NCBI GenBank assembly: GCA_032718475.1
Contig: JAUCBJ010007028.1
Span: forward strand, 167,186 to 231,185
Direction of reading: 5' to 3'
DNA length: 64,000 nt
Source of the DNA: Nemertoderma westbladi
Taxonomy: Eukaryota > Animalia > Xenacoelomorpha
The translations under genes were made by a program, and so were the position numbers. The notes under the pieces are model-generated. The model had not been told where the DNA came from, ran no database searches, and saw nothing but the letters and a program-made list of their open reading frames with translations. Positions 60,498 to 64,000 of the stretch are shown one piece after another (the stretch's first letter is position 1; every line of letters starts with the position of its first letter).

Positions 60498-61194
60498 AAA
60501 AGGCGATAAATATTCGAGTTATAGCTGTTGAATGCCAAGTAATAATTATTCAATATCGATTTATTCATCATAACTGGTCGCAGATGTTTACAAATAGCTT
60601 GTGGTAGTATCAATTATAAATTATTATTCATTGAATTCTATACTATAGCATATGTCACCAACGAGATCCAATTATTCTAATGATTTCGATAGCATAAAAT
60701 GCATATTAATTAATACGAAATACATCTAACTAATAATAATAATCTACTTGTTCTACATACATTATCAGTACAATATTGACAGGTTAATTACGTTTGAATA
60801 TAAGATGGAATGATAATTAATGTTTAGATGTAGGGTATTGATTGTTGTGAGTATGTGCTAGATATAGCAGTAATAGTGTTATTCGATATGTAACATTATG
60901 AAACAATGTCTCATGTATACACTGTAGTGTTGCAACTATGTGTAGGTAAGTCAATGTGTCAGTCTTAATATAGTATATTACATTTTTTTATAATATATTG
61001 GTTCTACAGAGTGATGCTGGGTTTTAGCACTATTAATTTGACATTTTTTTATTGCGAAATTAGATTCACTGAAAAATTCCATGAATAAACTTTGCGAGAC
61101 ATTCCTTAACTATTCTTTGACAACAAATTGTCTATCTATCTATTTTGAGTAAAAAATGTGAAAATTAAAATGCAAGTCTTAAAAACTGAGTTAA

Positions 61195-64000
61195 GTGCTG
61201 TTATATTTATTTAAAAATATGAAATTTCGTCAGTAAATGCGAGACTGCTGTAATCATCTATTTTTTAGTAAAAAATAATAAACTTACTGTATATATGTTG
61301 AAAACCAAGCATCATGCTACAGAAAAAATATTAACTTAAAATTCTTCACAAACTTATTAACTGAAAATAGTATCTAGCATATATCCAACGTTTAATTTTA
61401 CATTTTTTTAGTCAAAGGTAGATTCACTGACATTGTTCTAGAACTTAATAGAATTTGCTGTCATCCTTCATATGCTGCCTATGGCGACTGATTTCACTTC
61501 TCTGCAAAATATTACACGTATTTCCAGCATTTTTGAAATTTAGGTCTCCAGTTGTGATACTCGGAGCCAGCTTAAAAACGATTCCTAGCCATATGACTTC
61601 TGTTGGATCGGTTGTAATACCTGTTGTCATAGGTTATGTCACATTGGTCATTACTGGGGTACGAGGTATGTTCAGATTGGTCTCTTAGATGAGGGTTTGG
61701 GAAGTGTTGATGTGGATAATCGTGTCTACTCACTCTGTGCTTCTGATACTGCTGGTATGTTTGACTTTGGTGTCGAGACGATTCTGGGGTATGTCTCCAA
61801 GAGTTCCTCACATACTCCGTATGCCTATTATTATCTTGCGGGATAGATTTATATTGATTACCATTATAGTTGGCTTGATTGTTATTGTGCCAGTATGAAT
61901 CCCTAGAGGTTTTGTAGTGTAGATCAAACCCTTTATTATTCCGCTTCATATCTGTGCTGCTTCTACTGCTTCCGTTTGTTGGAAGGGGTGCTTCGTTGGG
62001 TTTCTTGTTCGTATCTCATTTGATGTTGCTTAAAGTTGTTGTGTTCATTCTTGCTACTACCTTGTGATTTTCTTAGATTGACAGTTTCTTTGGAAACATT
62101 ATTTAGATTCGCCAAGAAATCAGTCTGTTGTTGTAGAAGTATGGTAATTTTAGTATCATTATCTAGTTCACTATATTTGTTTTCAGTCTTAATGTTGTGC
62201 TGCATCTGGATCTTTGATTTGAAGGTTGGTTTGGCAGGTCTTATTGGTTCTTGCCAGGTGTCATTGTTTTTGAGGACTTGTTCTAGAGTAGAGGGACATT
62301 TCACTGATGGGTTTGTGATTATTACAGAGTCTTTTCTTATGTTTGTTGGTACCTGACTTCCTTGCAGGGATTCACCATTATTTTCCTTTATGCTTTATGA
62401 GTAAGTAGGATCCACTTCAGTTTTATTTGAATTGTCTGATATATTATCTACTGTTATATACTCATCAGTCTCTGATGGCGAAGATATGTCAGTTGTAGAA
62501 GTTGTGGACTTCTAGATATGTCAGTTGTAGAAGTTGTGGACTTTTTCTAAGCCAAGTGGCACTAGGGACCTAGCAAAAATTTCTTTTGGATTTTGCATGA
62601 TGCTCTCCACCCTGGCTGTTTCAATGAATTCATATGATGTCATAGCTTTGCTGAGTTTTGTCAGAGTCATATTCATTGCCTCTGTTGATGTTTCCTTTGG
62701 TTGTGTCTTCGGGGAATTCATAGTGGGATTCCTCGGATTTGGTTCTTGATAAATAAACTGCTGCCTGAGCCTAATATTATTATGTGCTTCACTGTCACAG
62801 CCGATTTCAATAGCAACAGGCTTTGTGCAGGGAAGGTTATCTAATGAATTGGTGCGACGATGATTGCGTTGGTTAATCTTGCTAGCCTTTCTAGTGTTAT
62901 GATGTTCCGTTCCCTTCTTTTGGGAAGCAGATTGAGAAGTGTATACTGGTTGTGTAATTCGAACATCTTTCATACATGTTCTTAGCCACCCAGTTTCGAA
63001 CAGCTATGCTTCTTTCCTTGGGATTGATTGGAGGGCAAGATGAATGGCTTTTCAAGAAGAATGAATTTTTTTTGGCTTATGAAATTTCTTCAGTAAATGC
63101 GAGACTGCTGTAATCATCTATTTTTTTTAGTAAAAAATAATAAACTTACAGTATATATGTTAAAAACCAAACATCACGCTACAGAAAAAAATATTAACTT
63201 AAAATTTTTCACAAACTTATTAACTGTAAACAGTATCTAGCATATATCCAACGTTTAATTTTACATTTATTTTTAGTCAAAGGTAGATTCACTGACATTG
63301 ATCTAGAAATTAATAGAAATGTGAGCTAGACATTGAAGCACTATCTTAAGGTAGGTGTGACAATGTGTAAAATTTAATTCATGTATTATGATTAAGTGAG
63401 ATATTGTTATGATTATAAAAGCTAGTTTGTTTGTTTAGTTAATAAAATAAGGTTTTAATAGTTAATAATAATAATTAATTCAATAAGTTTATGAAGTCAT
63501 ATTATAAGATTATAAGGTTATAAGATCGGTCATTCCATAATCGATACACAAATAGTATGTTACAACTGGAAATGCAAGTGTTAACTACATTTGTCGTGGA
63601 AGATAAATAATCCACACACAGGAAGATGTTCTATTTACACAACCTAGAGAAATGAATAATTTGGCAATTATCAAAGATGAAATACACTCTGCTCCCGCTG
63701 GGTGGCTTTATCCTGAATAAATTTAGAAACGCCTTCAAAGGGAACATGAATCTAACTTTGACTAAAAAAAAATGTTAAATTTAATGTTGCCTATATATAA
63801 TGCTAGATACTGTTTTCAGTTAATAAGTTTGTGAAGAATTTTAAGTAAATTGTATACAAGTTAATATTGTTTCTATAGGGTGATGTTTGGTTTTAAACAT
63901 ATATACTGTAAGATTATTATTTTTTACTAAAAAAAATAGCTGATTACAACAGTCTCACATTTACTGACGAAATTTCATATTTTTGAATAATATAACAGTG
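61195..64000. repeat. AT-rich 240-260-bp repeat in three copies: direct at 61195-61453 and 63077-63320, inverted at about 63725-64000
   Basis: TATGAAATTT..CAGTAAATGCGAGACTG...TAGCATATAT seen twice forward and once reverse-complemented; TIR/MITE-like; may extend beyond the window. Confidence 0.75.
61445..62973 (-). pseudogene. Fragmented low-complexity ORF, possibly a LINE ORF1 remnant
   Basis: Four same-strand ORF pieces, Q/N/S/T-rich with a coiled-coil-like stretch; C-terminal WLGIVFKLAPSITTGD..SKF weakly RRM-like. Confidence 0.3.

Overview
Eukaryotic (probably invertebrate) repeat-dense DNA made almost entirely of nested retrotransposons; no host gene is recognisable. The core is a minus-strand BEL/Pao LTR retrotransposon (element A, 3' LTR 14031-15216, gag start 54519). 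Inserted into it are a second full-length BEL/Pao element (B, 28771-46830, 5-bp TSD GACGG), a CRE-like RLE non-LTR element, an APE-type LINE, and an inverted 5' fragment of a sister copy (A', 55139-59690). The flanks hold CR1, RTE, L2-like, Gypsy and Copia remnants, a solo LTR, minisatellites, a minimal hammerhead ribozyme and an array of covarying RNA-like hairpins. Two things stand out. (1) A and B each carry a homologous extra long ORF between pol and the 3' LTR, encoding a CxxC..CxxH finger, a DnaQ/DEDD 3'-5' exonuclease-like domain and three CCHC knuckles. (2) Neither 5' LTR is followed by a tRNA primer-binding site; instead the 10-11 nt directly after each 5' LTR are complementary to a sequence inside that same LTR, as in Tf1-type self-priming. 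All alignments and identities were judged by eye; no database search was run.
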